A stretch of DNA of 64,000 nucleotides from Anthoceros angustus (Eukaryota; Plantae; Anthocerotophyta). Within the stretch, counting starts at the first letter, position 1, and each line of letters starts with the position of its first letter. Below are positions 45,906-59,099 of the stretch, piece after piece. Under the pieces are notes generated by a model that saw only the letters and a list, made by a program, of their open reading frames with translations, was not told the DNA's origin and searched no databases. The translations under genes were made by a program, and so were the position numbers. The stretch spans positions 1,240,001 through 1,304,000 of the forward strand of contig VJWM01000011.1 in the NCBI GenBank assembly GCA_010909165.1, given 5' to 3'.

Positions 45906-47580
45906 CTTCCTCCTGCTTCTGGTAGGCTTCAGCCCCCTGCTTTTAGAAACGCTTTAGCCGCGTGCTCCTGGTGACACCCAGCAGGAAATGCTAGCTGCCA
46001 CACATCCTTCAATGCTCGAGTGCCGGGAAGAAAGCTTTGCCAGAACCCGAAAGCAATTAGGTTTTAGGTTTAAAAGGGCTCAGGCGGGAACGTAAGAAGG
46101 ATATTTCTGGTTGGATGTTTCACATTGTTAGTTACTCCAAGAGAGTTATGTGAGGAACCACCTCAGTGAATTCGAGGCAGGAGCCAGAACTGGAGCATTG
46201 AGTTGTCGTTCTCCCCTAACAAGTGATGCCGGCCAAGTAACATTGCTGCTATCAACACTATAGGTTGGCGGATTGAGAACCCGTGTCCTAAAACTCTGGA
46301 GAAGGGAAGGGGTTGGTTCCATTAGGAAGCAATGATCGATGAATATGGAGAGGAGGCAGCATGAGCCATGTATGGCTTGCTACGGAGCTTGCAGGGCCGG
46401 ACAGAAATTTAGCTGCATATGATATACCACCATGACTTACAGAAATGGAGTGTTCCAGCACGCAGCCCAAGTAAGAGAGAGACTCTTCCCAAGTTCAGGA
46501 TGGTGTGTCCATCTACACCACCGACTACGTGAACATTCCTGTGATCAGCCCATGTCCCGTGGTGTCCGATATAGCATCTGCTACTGATGAGAGTGCACCT
46601 GCAGTGAGAAGAGCAGCACAGAACGTATGTCCAACTTTAAAGCATCAACTTCCAATTAACATTCGTCTAACATGTTCCCTGCTTCCCTTACCTTGAACTC
46701 TAGAAGGAGCTTTTGATGCCACTCAACAAATATTGGTTCCCCCTGATGCCTCTCAACAGATATTGGCTCCCCTGATGCCTCTCAACAGATAGGTTCCCTG
46801 AAAGAAAAAGCCATATTCCAGACGATGTACCATCAGCCAAGCAGATTGCTTGCTTTTGGTAGCAAACATACTATATGGTCCACAGCATAAACCGTACTTG
46901 TAACATCCAAAGTCAAGAATGTAGTGCATGAACAGACCACTAAACGACATAGGGCTGAAGTGACGCGCAACATGAACCAAATTGTAGGACAAGACCACCA
47001 AACAAGAAATCAACTCAGGGCTGCCCTAAAGCCCAGCATGGATACTATGCACTTCGAGAAAACAATGTCAGGAAGGCTGGCCTATAGCCCAGCACGGAAA
47101 CATAGCGAGATCCTCGGGAAAACTATGTCAGGGAGCAGATAAACAGAAGTGTACCTTCGAACCAGTTTACCATGGTAGCTGGAGTCAATCTCGATCCAGC
47201 AGTTTACAAAATTTGCCGGCTGAAAGCTTTGCCTTCAACCTCTTCACACAAACCGTTTGATGCGCGTCAAGTCACCTGGCATGGCTTGAATTTGCTAGTA
47301 ATGTAGTCGTTCCTTTTCCTGAAGGAAGGACACAAAATACAGCTTTAGGGTTTACAACATGGCAAGCACACAATCCATACCTTCCAATCATCTTCTCTCG
47401 ATATGCTTTCACCACCCGACATCTTCTAGCTGCAGCCTCTAGATCTTTAGCTACTAGTCACTCTCTCTGCTCCTCCCCAGTGTCAGTCCAGGAATGCCAC
47501 AGAGATTCCACCTCCAATGTTTCAGACAGCAACGTTGTGCCCATGTAATTCTGCCCTAACCCACCGCCCACTACGTGCAG

Positions 47581-48268
47581 GAGATCAAAGCTGCTCGGGA
47601 TTTGCAGACAGACAGTGGTGCCCCATGGCTGGCGTCTGTGTACTTGAAGAACAGCATCGCTCGCTACCGGAAGGGCAAGCGAGTCACCCGGTGAGTTCCT
47701 GCCTACTCCCCCTTTTTTCGGCTCCAGGTTGCTGTGTGTGCATTGCCGCCGTTTCCACTCTGCTTCCATGAAGCTTAACTCGCTGCAATCCTGCACTCTG
47801 CGGGTGATGTTGGGCGATGTTCCCAGTCATGCTGCTCCTGTGCTTTTCATCCTGTGGATACCTCATTGGAAGAGCTCGTACTCGTGTGACTTGAGATGGG
47901 GTGCTGCCCAGATTGTGGATTGGTAGCTCGCAAGCAAGTTTGTTTTTTCCCATTTTCTACGCTAGGTGATCGTCTGAAATATACACATGGTCATTTGTGG
48001 AATAAGTGATGCTGAAAAGCGTCATCTCCGGAACAAGCTCTTAGAGTTGCTAAGAAAAGAGGACAACCAGGTGGGGTTTAGGACGGAATCCTTTGTCACA
48101 TGCAAATTTACCTTGCCAAGTAAATTCCATCTTCTTATTCTGTATTCATGAGCGAGGACTTGATCCTTCGAAGCCTCAATGCCTCAGACAATTGTTTCTC
48201 GAATATAGGTGGTGCTCACACCGCTTTAATTTGTTAATATGCCGTATCGACCCAATACCCAAGAGAAG
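47581..48268 (+). pseudogene. Importin-11 (KA120-like) N-terminal exon fragments, copy 1
   Basis: Exon-like pieces EIKAARDL..WLASVYLKNSIARY (47581-47690) and GISDAEKRHLRNKLLELLRKEDNQ (to 48070) with GT donors; importin-beta N-terminal domain pattern. Confidence 0.75.
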
Positions 48269-49273
48269 GTAAGGAATTTAGAGAAGGCTGCTGAAGTCGA
48301 GTTAGAACACTTGTCGGTGTCAGGGGGTTTAAAGATGAGTTTACCATTAGCAGCTCATGTCGTGGCCATTATTGCCTAGCTGGCTCACTATTATGACCTT
48401 GAGGTATGACAACATAAGTCACGGGGAGATACGGAGGGTGACTCCACGTTCTGCAAGCCCATGCTCTGGGTCACGCTCCTACTAAATCAGGGTCTGGAAA
48501 GCTGCAGGACAAACTGTCACCAAGACGGAAAAGAAGACTTTATTATAAAAACCCATCCACCCCAAAAATAAAGGGGAAAAACCCAACGAAGAGCACCACT
48601 CCAGGGGCCTAGCCCCCACGATCACGCATTTCAAAACTACCAACTGCCCGAAGAATTTTGTGGTCAGGGATGTGAAAAGGCCTACTTACCACCGGTGTCG
48701 CAGGTCGCATCTCCTGCGTTGTCGCTCAGACACCGCACCCGGTCAACCGACCCGGTCACCAAGTGTCCCATTGGTGCCGAATGGTTAGCTTTCCACTCAC
48801 CCTCCCTCTCACTTGGCCTTCACTCTTCCTCTCCGCTTGCTCCTCATCCGCACCTGTGGGTGCCTAGTTGAAGTTGTGTCCGTGGGTGTGGGTTGCAACA
48901 CCGTGCTATGCTTTCCCGGTCGTCAAGTCCGACTCTGCACGCCTTCCACAGGTCTAGTTACACGTCGCTCGGTCCCATCGAGTTCCGCCTGGAAGGCGAG
49001 GGATCCCGATTCTCCACACTTGCACTCACCAACACCGTTAGGGTTTACAACATGGCAAGCACACAATCCATACCTTCCAATCATCTTCTCTCGATATGCT
49101 TTCACCACCCGACATCTTCTAGCTGCAGCCTCTAGATCTTTAGCTACTAGTCACTCTCTCTGCTCCTCCCCAGTGTCAGTCCAGGAATGCCACAGAGATT
49201 CCACCTCCAATGTTTCAGACAGCAACGTTGTGCCCATGTAATTCTGCCCTAACCCACCGCCCACTACGTGCAG

Positions 49274-49983
49274 GAGATCAAAGCTGCTCGGGATTTGCAG
49301 ACAGACAGTGGTGCCCCATGGCTGGCGTCTGTGTACTTGAAGAACAGCATCGCTCGCTACCGGAAGGGCAAGCGAGTCACCCGGTGAGTTCCTGCCTACT
49401 CCCCCTTTTTTCGGCTCCAGGTTGCTGTGTGTGCATTGCCGCCGTTTCCACTCTGCTTCCATGAAGCTTAACTCGCTGCAATCCTGCACTCTGCGGGTGA
49501 TGTTGGGCGATGTTCCCAGTCATGCTGCTCCTGTGCTTTTCATCCTGTGGATACCTCATTGGAAGAGCTCGTACTCGTGTGACTTGAGATGGGGTGCTGC
49601 CCAGATTGTGGATTGGTAGCTCGCAAGCAAGTTTGTTTTTTCCCATTTTCTACGCTAGGTGATCGTCTGAAATATACACATGGTCATTTGTGGAATAAGT
49701 GATGCCGAAAAGCGTCATCTCCGGAACAAGCTCTTAGAGTTGCTAAGAAAAGAGGACAACCAGGTGGGGTTTAGGACGGAATCCTTTGTCACATGCAAAT
49801 TTACCTTGCCAAGTAAATTCCATCTTCTTATTCTGTATTCATGAGCGTGAGGACTTGATCCTTCCGAAGCCTCAATGCCTCAGTACAATTGTTTCTCAGA
49901 ATATAGGTGGCTGCTCAACTGTCACTGCTTGTTGCCAATTTGCCAATATGCTGGTATCGGAGTACCCAATACCCAAGAGAAAG
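49274..49983 (+). pseudogene. Importin-11 (KA120-like) N-terminal exon fragments, copy 2
   Basis: Same exons plus VAAQLSLLVA..YPRE (49906-49983). Confidence 0.75.
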
Positions 49984-50779
49984 GTAAGGAATTTAGAGAC
50001 AGAAGGCTGCTGGAAGTCGAGTTAGAACACTTGTCAGTGTCAGGGGGTTTAAAGATGAGTTTACCATTAGCAGCTCATGTCGTGGCCATTATTGCCTAGC
50101 TGGCTCACTATTATGACCTTGAGGTATGACAACATAAGTCACGGGGAGATACGGAGGGTGACTCCACGTTCTGCAAGCCCATGCTCTGGGTCACGCTCCT
50201 ACTAAATCGAGTGCAAAGGCTGCGGGACAAGCATCACCAAGGCGGAAGAAGACTTTATTATAAAAACCCATCCACCCCAAAAATAAAGGGGAAAAACCCA
50301 ACGAAGAGCACCACTCCAGGGGCCTAGCCCCCACGATCACGCATTTCAAAACTACCAAGCCAAGAAAAATTTTGTAGTCGGGGATGTGAAAAGCCTACCC
50401 TACCACGGTGTCCTTGTTGCATCTCCGCTGGGTTACAGCACCACCCGGTCAAACTGTCACCCGGTCACCAAGTGTCCCATTGGTCTGCCGAATGGTTAGC
50501 TTTCCACTCACCCTCCCTCTCACTTGGCTCCTTCACTCTTCCTCTCCTGTCGTCCTCATCCGCACCCAGGGGTGCCTAGTTGAAGTTGCGGGTCTGGTGG
50601 GTGTGGGTTGCAACACCTGTGCGTTGCGTTTCCCAGGTCGTCAAGTCCAGGCTCTGCACGCCTTCCCTGGAGTCTAGTTAAGCACGTCCGCTCTCGTCCG
50701 TCGGCCATCGAGTTCCGCCCTGGAAGAGCAGGGATCCCGAATTCTCCACACTTGCACTCACCAACACACGTTAGGGTCC

Positions 50780-51370
50780 GTCCCCAGAACCTGGATCAGT
50801 CTCTCTGGAGTATTCTGCCTGCTCGGTGACTCGGGACTCGCGTTAGCACTGGACACAAAAAGATCTGCAAATGTAACGCGGCATCAACCCCAAAAGAAAG
50901 ATCATTTTACTGCAATCCCCCTCTTATACTACGTCCTGAGGTAGTGCCTTTATTACACTCCTGAATCGGCCTTATGGCCAGCTCACTACGCACGTGCGAG
51001 TGGTCCTCCCACTCCCAGCGTGGTCTTATCTATGTCTACGGCGGTGGGGCTGTTGTTGACTACGATTAACTCCTGGCGTTGGCAGCCCAATCCCCAGCTC
51101 TGGCGCATGAGGAGCGCCCAATCGGATGATCCATGACCATGAGTCCGCGGGCCGTTCGCCTCTAACCATGCGCCACTGGGGTGGGTGACAAATCTTTGTC
51201 ACTATTAAGTCCTCCTCCACCTTTGTCCCGGTCTTGTTGGTGGGACCTGTCCTCAGTCCGTGCCCGTTCGTCGTCATGGGCTGGTTGAGCCTAACCTCTG
51301 ACCAAACCCGCCTCATCCTTCAGGGTCCGAACCACTGGGTTCGTTCCCTCCCCTTGAGTCCGGACCGCTG
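50780..51370 (-). mobile_element. LTR remnant related to the LTR ending at 58915, inverted
   Basis: GATCATCCGATTGGG, CCCCACCGCCG and ATCTTTCTT..GTTGATGCCGC are shared with 58185-58415. Confidence 0.6.
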
Positions 51371-51731
51371 GGTCTGCATTGTCGTTTTTGTTTATTAGTT
51401 ATTAATATATTTATGCTTTAATTTATGTATTTTTATGCTTCAAAAAAGAAATAGTAATCCCCTTCTAGCCCAGTTACCTATACGTACCGAAACCTCATCC
51501 AGACTCACACTTGCATGCTCTAGAACAACCAAAACCCAAGAGTCTAGCTATTGTTGCAGGTCTGTCCTTCACCATTCCACCACGTTGAATTGAAAGCCTG
51601 GCATCCACACAATTGCAACCAAAACCATTATTACAATCACAGAGGAAACTAGCTTGTATCTAGTATCTTCAAGATGGGTGCCACCTAAATAGCCAAGTTC
51701 TCTCGCCGCCTCTCTGCCAAGATAGATGCTT

Positions 51732-54700
51732 GTTGTGTGTCCTAGCTTGCTTTATAGAATTCCGGTTGTTGCGAACAAGACCACCTTGCATCCAGATGTC
51801 AAGTGCACCTTGCATCCATATGCCAAGTGCACCTTTGCATGGAGATATCAGTGTCAGGTCACAACGTGATTACTTACTTAACTTCATAAGGTACTTAATA
51901 ATCAATTATTAAGTATCTAAGACAACAATCAAACTGCACAGGACAGCTATCGTGCTGCTTCGATTAGTATCGTGTTTGTTTATTTATTATTAATTCATTT
52001 GTTATTTAATTATATAATTTTCATGTTTCAGAAAATGAATAGTAATCCCCCTTAGGAGCCCCATTCACCTATCCCATCTCTTTGGATCTTGATGGTCTCC
52101 AAATATCGTGTGGACTCCTCCATGAACCATGAACGGCTTCACGCAAAATTATTATCACTACTTATGGGATGCTCACATTGACGCCTCTCGCAAAGAAGAA
52201 TTCGATTTCTGGCCGAAACGTGAGAGTAGAGCCGACTGCTCCATCTTGCACGAGGTGGCTAAGCTCAGGATCCTGAAACCTGGAATCCTGAACCAAGTGC
52301 TTGAATTCCTGTGCAGCATCATTGAAGGCAACAATCAACCCTGGTTTATCCAACTTTTTTGACTGCTCTGCGAGCAAGATGCCCCTCTCACTGAGCTTTT
52401 CTGCTAAGAAGTTTGTCGTGACTGTAAGGAGTAATCAGTTATGATTACTGAAATCACAAAAATCAGTTTTCACCGAGTTATGATTACTCCTTGTTGTGGT
52501 CGTGTTCCTTATTGTGGTCATGGTCAGAATCGCCCCACAGTGGGGAGGCGTGAATCGCATCACAGCGCACGGGCATGCCGCAACCACTTGTGGGCTACTT
52601 CCTTGGGGTTAGGGAAACAAGTGGGGTTTTGTTTTTGTAGGTTGGAATAAAAATAAGGCGAAAAGGAGGAATAACGGATGGCGCCTGGACGGACGGAGTA
52701 AGCACCACCCGGACTACGACCACCCGAGGCAAAACGAATCCGGATACCACTATGGAAACTGGACTACACCGGAGCAAGTCCGAGAAGTCAGTCTTCCTGA
52801 GCAAGTCCGGACCCCACCCAACAGGTAAGTACGCCGGGAAAGCAACTTTGAATTGAGTCGAGGACAGATTAGGCGGCGCCACGTGGGCCACGAGTGGAGG
52901 GCAGGCATCGGCGAGCCGGACCGTAGCCTCGCCCGGTGGCGTTATGGGCGGTATTCATCCGGGTGCGGGCTAAGTCTGGCGTAAGGCTAGAGTAAACAGC
53001 GTAGGGACAAAGTAAGCCATGCGGACCCACAGCGGTTCGGACGTGAAGAGCCGTCCTTCCGGGCGGTTACTCTCGAAGAAAGGCGGGGAAGTCATTCTCT
53101 AACCACCCTCGCCTCCGACATCCGTTTTGATGAGTCTTCTGGTCCCCACTTGATTTCACGGAAGGATGCAAGGAGGGAGCCAGCAATCAGGAGGCACAAG
53201 ACCTAGCATATATGGCAAGAAAGGGCTTGAGAGGGTGGCTGGAGGAGTTTAAACATTGTGACTTATTACCCTGACTTTGGTCCATGGCTCGAGGAGGCGG
53301 AGGGATCGTCGAGGAGTGGTAATCGGACATCTTCCGTGCGCCTGACTCGGCTACCATGGTCCGGAATACTGGGATACATGTGGCAAGGAGGTCCGCTCAG
53401 AACTTGGTGAGGACAAAAAGATGGACGGTGGAAGTCCCGAGGCGCCTATCGCCGCCCAAAGGAGGAAGTAGGAGGTGGCGAGCCTCAAAGGTGGAAGCGG
53501 CTAAGGCAGCCTCCCACGCCTGTGGACACAGCGATCCTCGAACGGATGGCATGCCTGAGCCCCGGACAAGAGGTGGCAAGGGCATGCCAATCGCCCATCG
53601 GAACATGCCGACTCAAGGTGGATCACCTTGGTGATAATCACTGGGTCTTCCTCCACGACTGCAAGCAAGCTGCAGATTGGGGGAAGATAATCACCGGATC
53701 ACAGAGGCAAACCGAGGTGTGAGAAGCCACCTCCCACGACGCTGCTCTTGATCCATGGGGCACGCGGACCTCTCAAGAAGGGTTGTGTGTCCTAGCTTGC
53801 TTTATAGAATTCCGGTTGTTGCGAACAAGACCACCTTGCATCCAGATGTCAAGTGCACCTTGCATCCATATGCCAAGTGCACCTTTGCATGGAGATATCG
53901 ATTGTCGTCATGGCGTGATTACTTACTAACTTCATAAGGTACTTAATAATCAATTATTAAGTATCTAAGACAACAATCAAACTGCACAGGACAGCTATCG
54001 TGCTGCTTCGATTAGTATCGTGTTTGTTTATTTATTATTAATTCATTTGTTATTTAATTATATAATTTTCATGTTTCAGAAAATGAATAGTAATCCCCCT
54101 TAGGAGCCCCATTCACCTATCCCCCTGCTGGATCTTACGATGGTCTCCAAATATCGTGTGGACTCCTCCTGTCATGAACCATGAACGGCTTCACGCAAAA
54201 TTTGCCGACTACTTATGGGATGCTCACATTGACGTCTCCTCGCAGCAGCAATTCCGATTTCTCGCTGCAAACGTGAGAGTAGAGCCGACTGCTCCATCTT
54301 GCACGAGGTACAAGCTCAGATCCCAAAACCGGAATCAACCAAGTGCTTAATTCGCGGCAAAGATCATTGAAGGCAACAATCAACCCTGGTTTATCCAACT
54401 TTTTTGACTGCTCTGCGAGCAAGATGCCCCTCTCACTGAGCTTTTCTGCTAAGAAGTTTGTCGTGATCGTAAGAGAATGTCCATGATTACCGAAATCACA
54501 AAAATGGCCACCGAAAGTTATGATTACTCCTTGTTGTGGTCGTGTTCCTTATTGTGGTCATGGCCGAATCGCCCCACAGGCCGGAGGCGTGACCGCACTC
54601 CAGCAGACGGGTATGCTGCAATCCACTTGTGGGCTACGGACTTCCCTTGGGGGTTAGGAAATAAGTGGGGTTTTGTTTTTTTTGTAGGTTGGAATAGTAA

Positions 54701-55905
54701 AATAAGGCGGAAAAGGAGGAATAAGCACCTGATGGCGCCTGGACGGACTTGAGTAAGCAACGACCACTCCGGACTAAGCAACCACCGAGTAAGCAACGGA
54801 CCCGATACACTATGGAAACTCCGGACTACACTGGAGCAAGTCCGAGAAGTCTGGATACCCTGAGCTGGTAAGTCCGGACCCCACCCGGCCAGATAAGTAC
54901 GGGAAAGCAACTTTGAATTGAGTCGAGGATGACCAGGCGGCGCCACGTGGACGGCCCCGAGTGGAGGACGGCATGCAGGCCAGACCGTAGCCTCGCCAAA
55001 GGGTTATGGCTATTCACGCAGCCGGCAAGAAAGGCAGAGTGGCGGCGAAGGTAAGGCTAGAGGCACAAAGTGTTATGCACTCGAAGCTATGACAAGAGCC
55101 GCCTTCCCGCGCATTTCAAGAAAGAGCGGGGAAGTCATTCTCCCAAACCTCTTTGCGATTCTCGCTCCCTCGCCTCAGACATCCGGCTCTTTGGCGGAGT
55201 CTCTTCTTGCGCCAAGGTGTCCACCGCTTGATTTCACGCTGGAAGGAGCTAACGCAAGAGGAGAGGAGCGCAGCCGCGACGCCTCAAATTCTGTGAGCAA
55301 GGCACAAGCAAGACGACGGGCACCCAAGAAAGCCGGAGGAGGGGTGCTGTGGCCCCGGAGGATGTGATGTGACGCTACCTCGACTTTGGTCCATGGCTCG
55401 AGGAGGCGGAGGGACTCGAGGAGTGGCACTGGACATCTTCCGTGCGCCTGACCTATGATAGCGCTACCATGGTCCGGAATACGCCCAAGATGCCGGGTGT
55501 GGCAAGGAAGGAGGTCCGCTCCAGAACTTGGAGGACCCAAAAGATGGACGGTGAGTCCCGAGGCGCCTATCGCCGCCAAGGAGGAGGTAGGAGGTGTGAG
55601 CCGAGCCCCGGCGGGAAGGTGGAAGCGGCTGGCGCCCCACGCCTGTGGACACACGATCCCAACGGATGGTATCCCGAGCTCCCGGACAAGAGGTAAGGGC
55701 GTAGAATCATTGTCCATTGGAACATGCCGACCAAGGTGGATCACCTGGTGATAACTCCGGGTCTTCCTCCACGACCGTAAAGGCAAGCGCAGATTGGGGA
55801 AGATAATTCACCGGATCACAGAGGCACGCAAACCGAGGTGAGAAGCCACCTCCTCCGACGCCTGCTCGATCCATGTATGGGGGCACGCGACCTCCTCAAG
55901 AAGGG
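51732..55905. repeat. Tandem duplication, period about 2.05-2.1 kb (51732-53781 and 53782-55905)
   Basis: GTTGTGTGTCCTAGCTTGC...CTCAAGAAGGGT occurs twice; the copies differ mostly by small indels. Confidence 0.9.
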
Positions 55906-57500
55906 TGAGGAGGAACGAGCCTCAAGAAAGGCGCCACCGAGGTGGAGGGAGAAGGAAGGTGAGGTCCGCCACCAAGCAAGAGGGTCCGGAGGAAGACGAT
56001 CGGGAAGGCATTCCGGACTCCACGCAGCGGACTCCCTCGCCACCTAGGGAAGTTTGGGAGGAGATTCCCCTTCCCTCCTTTTGGTGCCCTCTCGGAGCGG
56101 CCGGCCACGGAGGAAGCTGCTGCCGGAAGGGCGTTGGCGGCTCCGGCCGGCGGGGAATGACCAACAACCACGGCCAACCAGACAAACTCGTCGGAGCCGA
56201 AGAGGCGGAAGGCGGTGCCGCCTACCACCTCGGAAGGTGCGGTACCCTACCCACCTTGCGGGTGGCAAGTGAAGAGTGGGAGGCGAGAAGGGATCTTGCC
56301 CAAGGAGGCGGGAGGTCAGCGGCGGCAGCCCGTCCCTCTCCAGAGGGAGGAAAGGGACCACTCTGGACCTTCACCTCCTCAAGCCCGGAGAAAGAGGGCA
56401 CAAAGGAGCTCGCGGCCCAAGAGGGCCAAGGAGGGTGAGTCGGACCCACGCACCAGGACTTGAGGGTCTGACAGTCGAGAGAACCCAGTCCGGACTCGCT
56501 GGACTATGGTATCGGTCCTTGGGACGAGAGATGCCGCGCCACCAAGGATTCTCTGGGCATCTCACCGTGGAGGAGACACGGGTCTTATACCGTCAGGGAC
56601 GGTATGTTGTAGCCTCAGCAGTGAAGGCCGAAGTGGAGGCCACTCGGAGGAGGATGGTGGAGCTCAAGGCAAGTGAAGGCGGCCGGAGGCAAAGGAAAGG
56701 CGAGTCCCTCGCTCGGATCGAGGAAGCGACGGGCGCGAGGCGGTTCGGCGGGACGGACCAAGGCTCTTCTACGTGAGCAGTGAAGCAAGCAGAGGCCCAA
56801 GCGGTGAGGACCTCTGCAAGCGTGGCGAGGTCGGAAGGAGCGGAGGAGGAGAGCGGCGGGCGGGCGGACGGCGGGCGGCTAGACCTACACCAAGCCAGTG
56901 AGGCTAAGGTGAAGGCGAGGCGGAAGCCGCGGCAAGGTCGGCGGGATCACTACGACGTGATCGGGCCGGTGGAGAGTCGGGAGGCGGCAGCTAGAAGGCA
57001 GGCGGCGATGGGCGAGCAAGGTAACTCGGGAAGGGAGATGGAGGCCAGCACTCGGGAGATAGGAGATCTCCAGTGCAGGAAGTAGAGGCGGCGGCGAGAT
57101 GGAGGGCAGGACACAGCTGGAGCTACAACTCCAAGATGCGTCGGGCGGTGATTCTCAGCAGGAGAATCCACGACTTGAGCACGAAATAGAGTGTTTCCAG
57201 CCCGTCAAGACGGAGGAAAATCGCGACTATCCAAGGAGTTGCCAGCTAAGGAACCGGAAAGCTGTGGCCTGATGGATATACCACCGATTGGAGAGGAGGT
57301 GGCGACCTGCACGGTAAACTGAGGGAGGAGAGCGCGAGGAGGAACAGCCGGGTTATCCACACGGAGAAGGCGGAGGGGATGGCCCGCTATGAGCCACAAT
57401 GACAAAGGAGGAGGAGCGTGAGCAGAAAAGGTGCAGGAGGTGCCTGAGGCCAGGTTTGGGAGTCCGCCCGGCTGGCCCAAGGCGACGAGAGAGCGCCGGG
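54650..57500 (+). mobile_element. Degenerate internal 3' region with accessory ORF of a non-chromovirus Gypsy element
   Basis: Purine-rich frameshifted coding-like DNA with E/R/K/A-rich stretches, homologous to 1190-2110, lying upstream of an LTR. Confidence 0.5.
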
Positions 57501-57849
57501 CAACACTCCACCGCCGAACACTTATGGCGAGGAGTACGGGTGCCCGCACACGTGGAAGAGGCACCAACAAGTCGACCGACTTTGCCTATTACCACGCTGA
57601 GCCAAGAGAGGCACCACGTCACCCCACAGAGGACGGACGACTCCAAGGAGAGGCGAGGAAGAAGGCCACGGGATAGTGGCCCACGGGACCTTGCTGAGAC
57701 GAGGAGCGCGTGAGAGGAGCAGAGGAGCGAACGAGGGAGCGCGATGTGAGGTAAGGGCACCCGCACCTCACCATGGAAGGAGGCCAACGAGGGAGTCGCC
57801 GCGATCGGGAACATGGAAGGACTCGAGGAGAGCGAGGAGTCCCGTGAGG

Positions 57850-58915
57850 AAGAAACCGGGTGACGGAGGTCCGGACTCAAGGAACCGACCTCGAGGTCCC
57901 ACTGGACCTCAACCGAGGTCCCGACTGTAAGTCCGGACCCCGAGGTCCGACCCCTGAGACAAGGCCCCAGCCGGACCGTGAATAAGGACTCAAGTTCGTG
58001 AGTCGAGACAGACCGAGGTCCGGGCAAGAAGGGAGGAGCCCCTTCGACTTACGCTTAGGGGAGCAGATAGCCGGGCCCCACCGCGAGGGACCTGTGGGAG
58101 GCTGGAGGATGACGTCAGTAACGGCTTGTCGACGCCACGAGCCCAACCCGGCTGTGATTCCGGAGAGAGGAGGGGCCCCGCCACGGATCATCCGATTGGG
58201 AGCGCCACAACCGCTGACGGGGATTGACCACCCATCCCGAGGCGCCAGACCTTCCCCCCACCGCCGACAAGGAGATAGGGGGGAAATAGGATGGTACCGA
58301 TTAGGTATACCGAAATGCACGCCCGTAATAGGGGTGTAATAAAGACGCCACCTTGGGCGCAGATAAGAGGGCCGAGGCCGCCTAGTAAAGCATCTTTCTT
58401 GGTGTTGATGCCGCTGCGCACTCTGAGTCTTCTTAACGTGAGTCCCGAGTCACCGAAAGGTGCACGACGACCCGGGAGATTGATCAAGGTCCCGTGACGA
58501 CTTAACGCTGGTGGTGTGTGTGGGACGATCGGACCCTTGTCGCCGAGAGCCGCGGTCCAACGCCGAGCTGACCGAACGCAGTGAGCCGGAGGTAGGGTGC
58601 AGAGCCCGGACGAGAGGCCCATGAGCAACGAGGAGGTCCCGACTAGTAACCGCGCTTCTTTTCCAAGGTTGATAAGTGTAGAGAGAGAGAGGAACGGATC
58701 AAGAAACGAGGATTTGAACGAAAACGGGTCCTTAAACGCCCACACCGGCCTGTGAACGTTATAAATAGTGTAAACGAAGATTGAGTTAAGGTGAAGTGGA
58801 CCAAGAAAGGTGAGAATCACCGGCCGCAAACGGAGCTATCATTCCCTTGGGAACGGACTCCATACCACAACGACACGGATTGTGCGCGCTACCGCCATCA
58901 ATAAAAGTCGCCACA
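57850..58915 (+). mobile_element. LTR (left boundary uncertain) ending ..GTCGCCACA
   Basis: TATA-like TTATAAATA near 58760; CA end followed by TTT and a PBS. Confidence 0.6.
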
Positions 58916-58918
58916 TTT

Positions 58919-58933
58919 TGGCGCCGCGGGAAT
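58919..58933 (+). other. Primer binding site, tRNA-Asp (Athila-like) type, partly deleted
   Basis: TGGCGCCGCGGGA compared with the canonical TGGCGCCGTTGCCGGGGA. Confidence 0.6.
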
Positions 58934-59099
58934 GAAATCGCCCGTAGCAAGCGTGGATGCGGAGGAAGGAGAGTGAAGGCGACAATTGCTAAGAGAGGAC
59001 GCCAGGATCGCCAGAGCGCCCGAGCGCAGTGGGAAAGAGACGCCAAACCCGAGGCGAGCACCACCGATCGTAAGTGGACTTGTCGGATCGTGAGGAAGA

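Larger units (their letters stand above)
47345..50777. repeat. Tandem duplication, period 1693 bp
   Basis: Identical ORFs at 47458/49151, 47517/49210, 47684/49377 and 47729/49422; junctions at TTAGGGT. Confidence 0.92.

Noticed and set aside
48330-48380. LPLAAHVVA as an NB-ARC GLPL motif
   Set aside because: No P-loop or other NB-ARC motifs; the nearby exons are importin-11.
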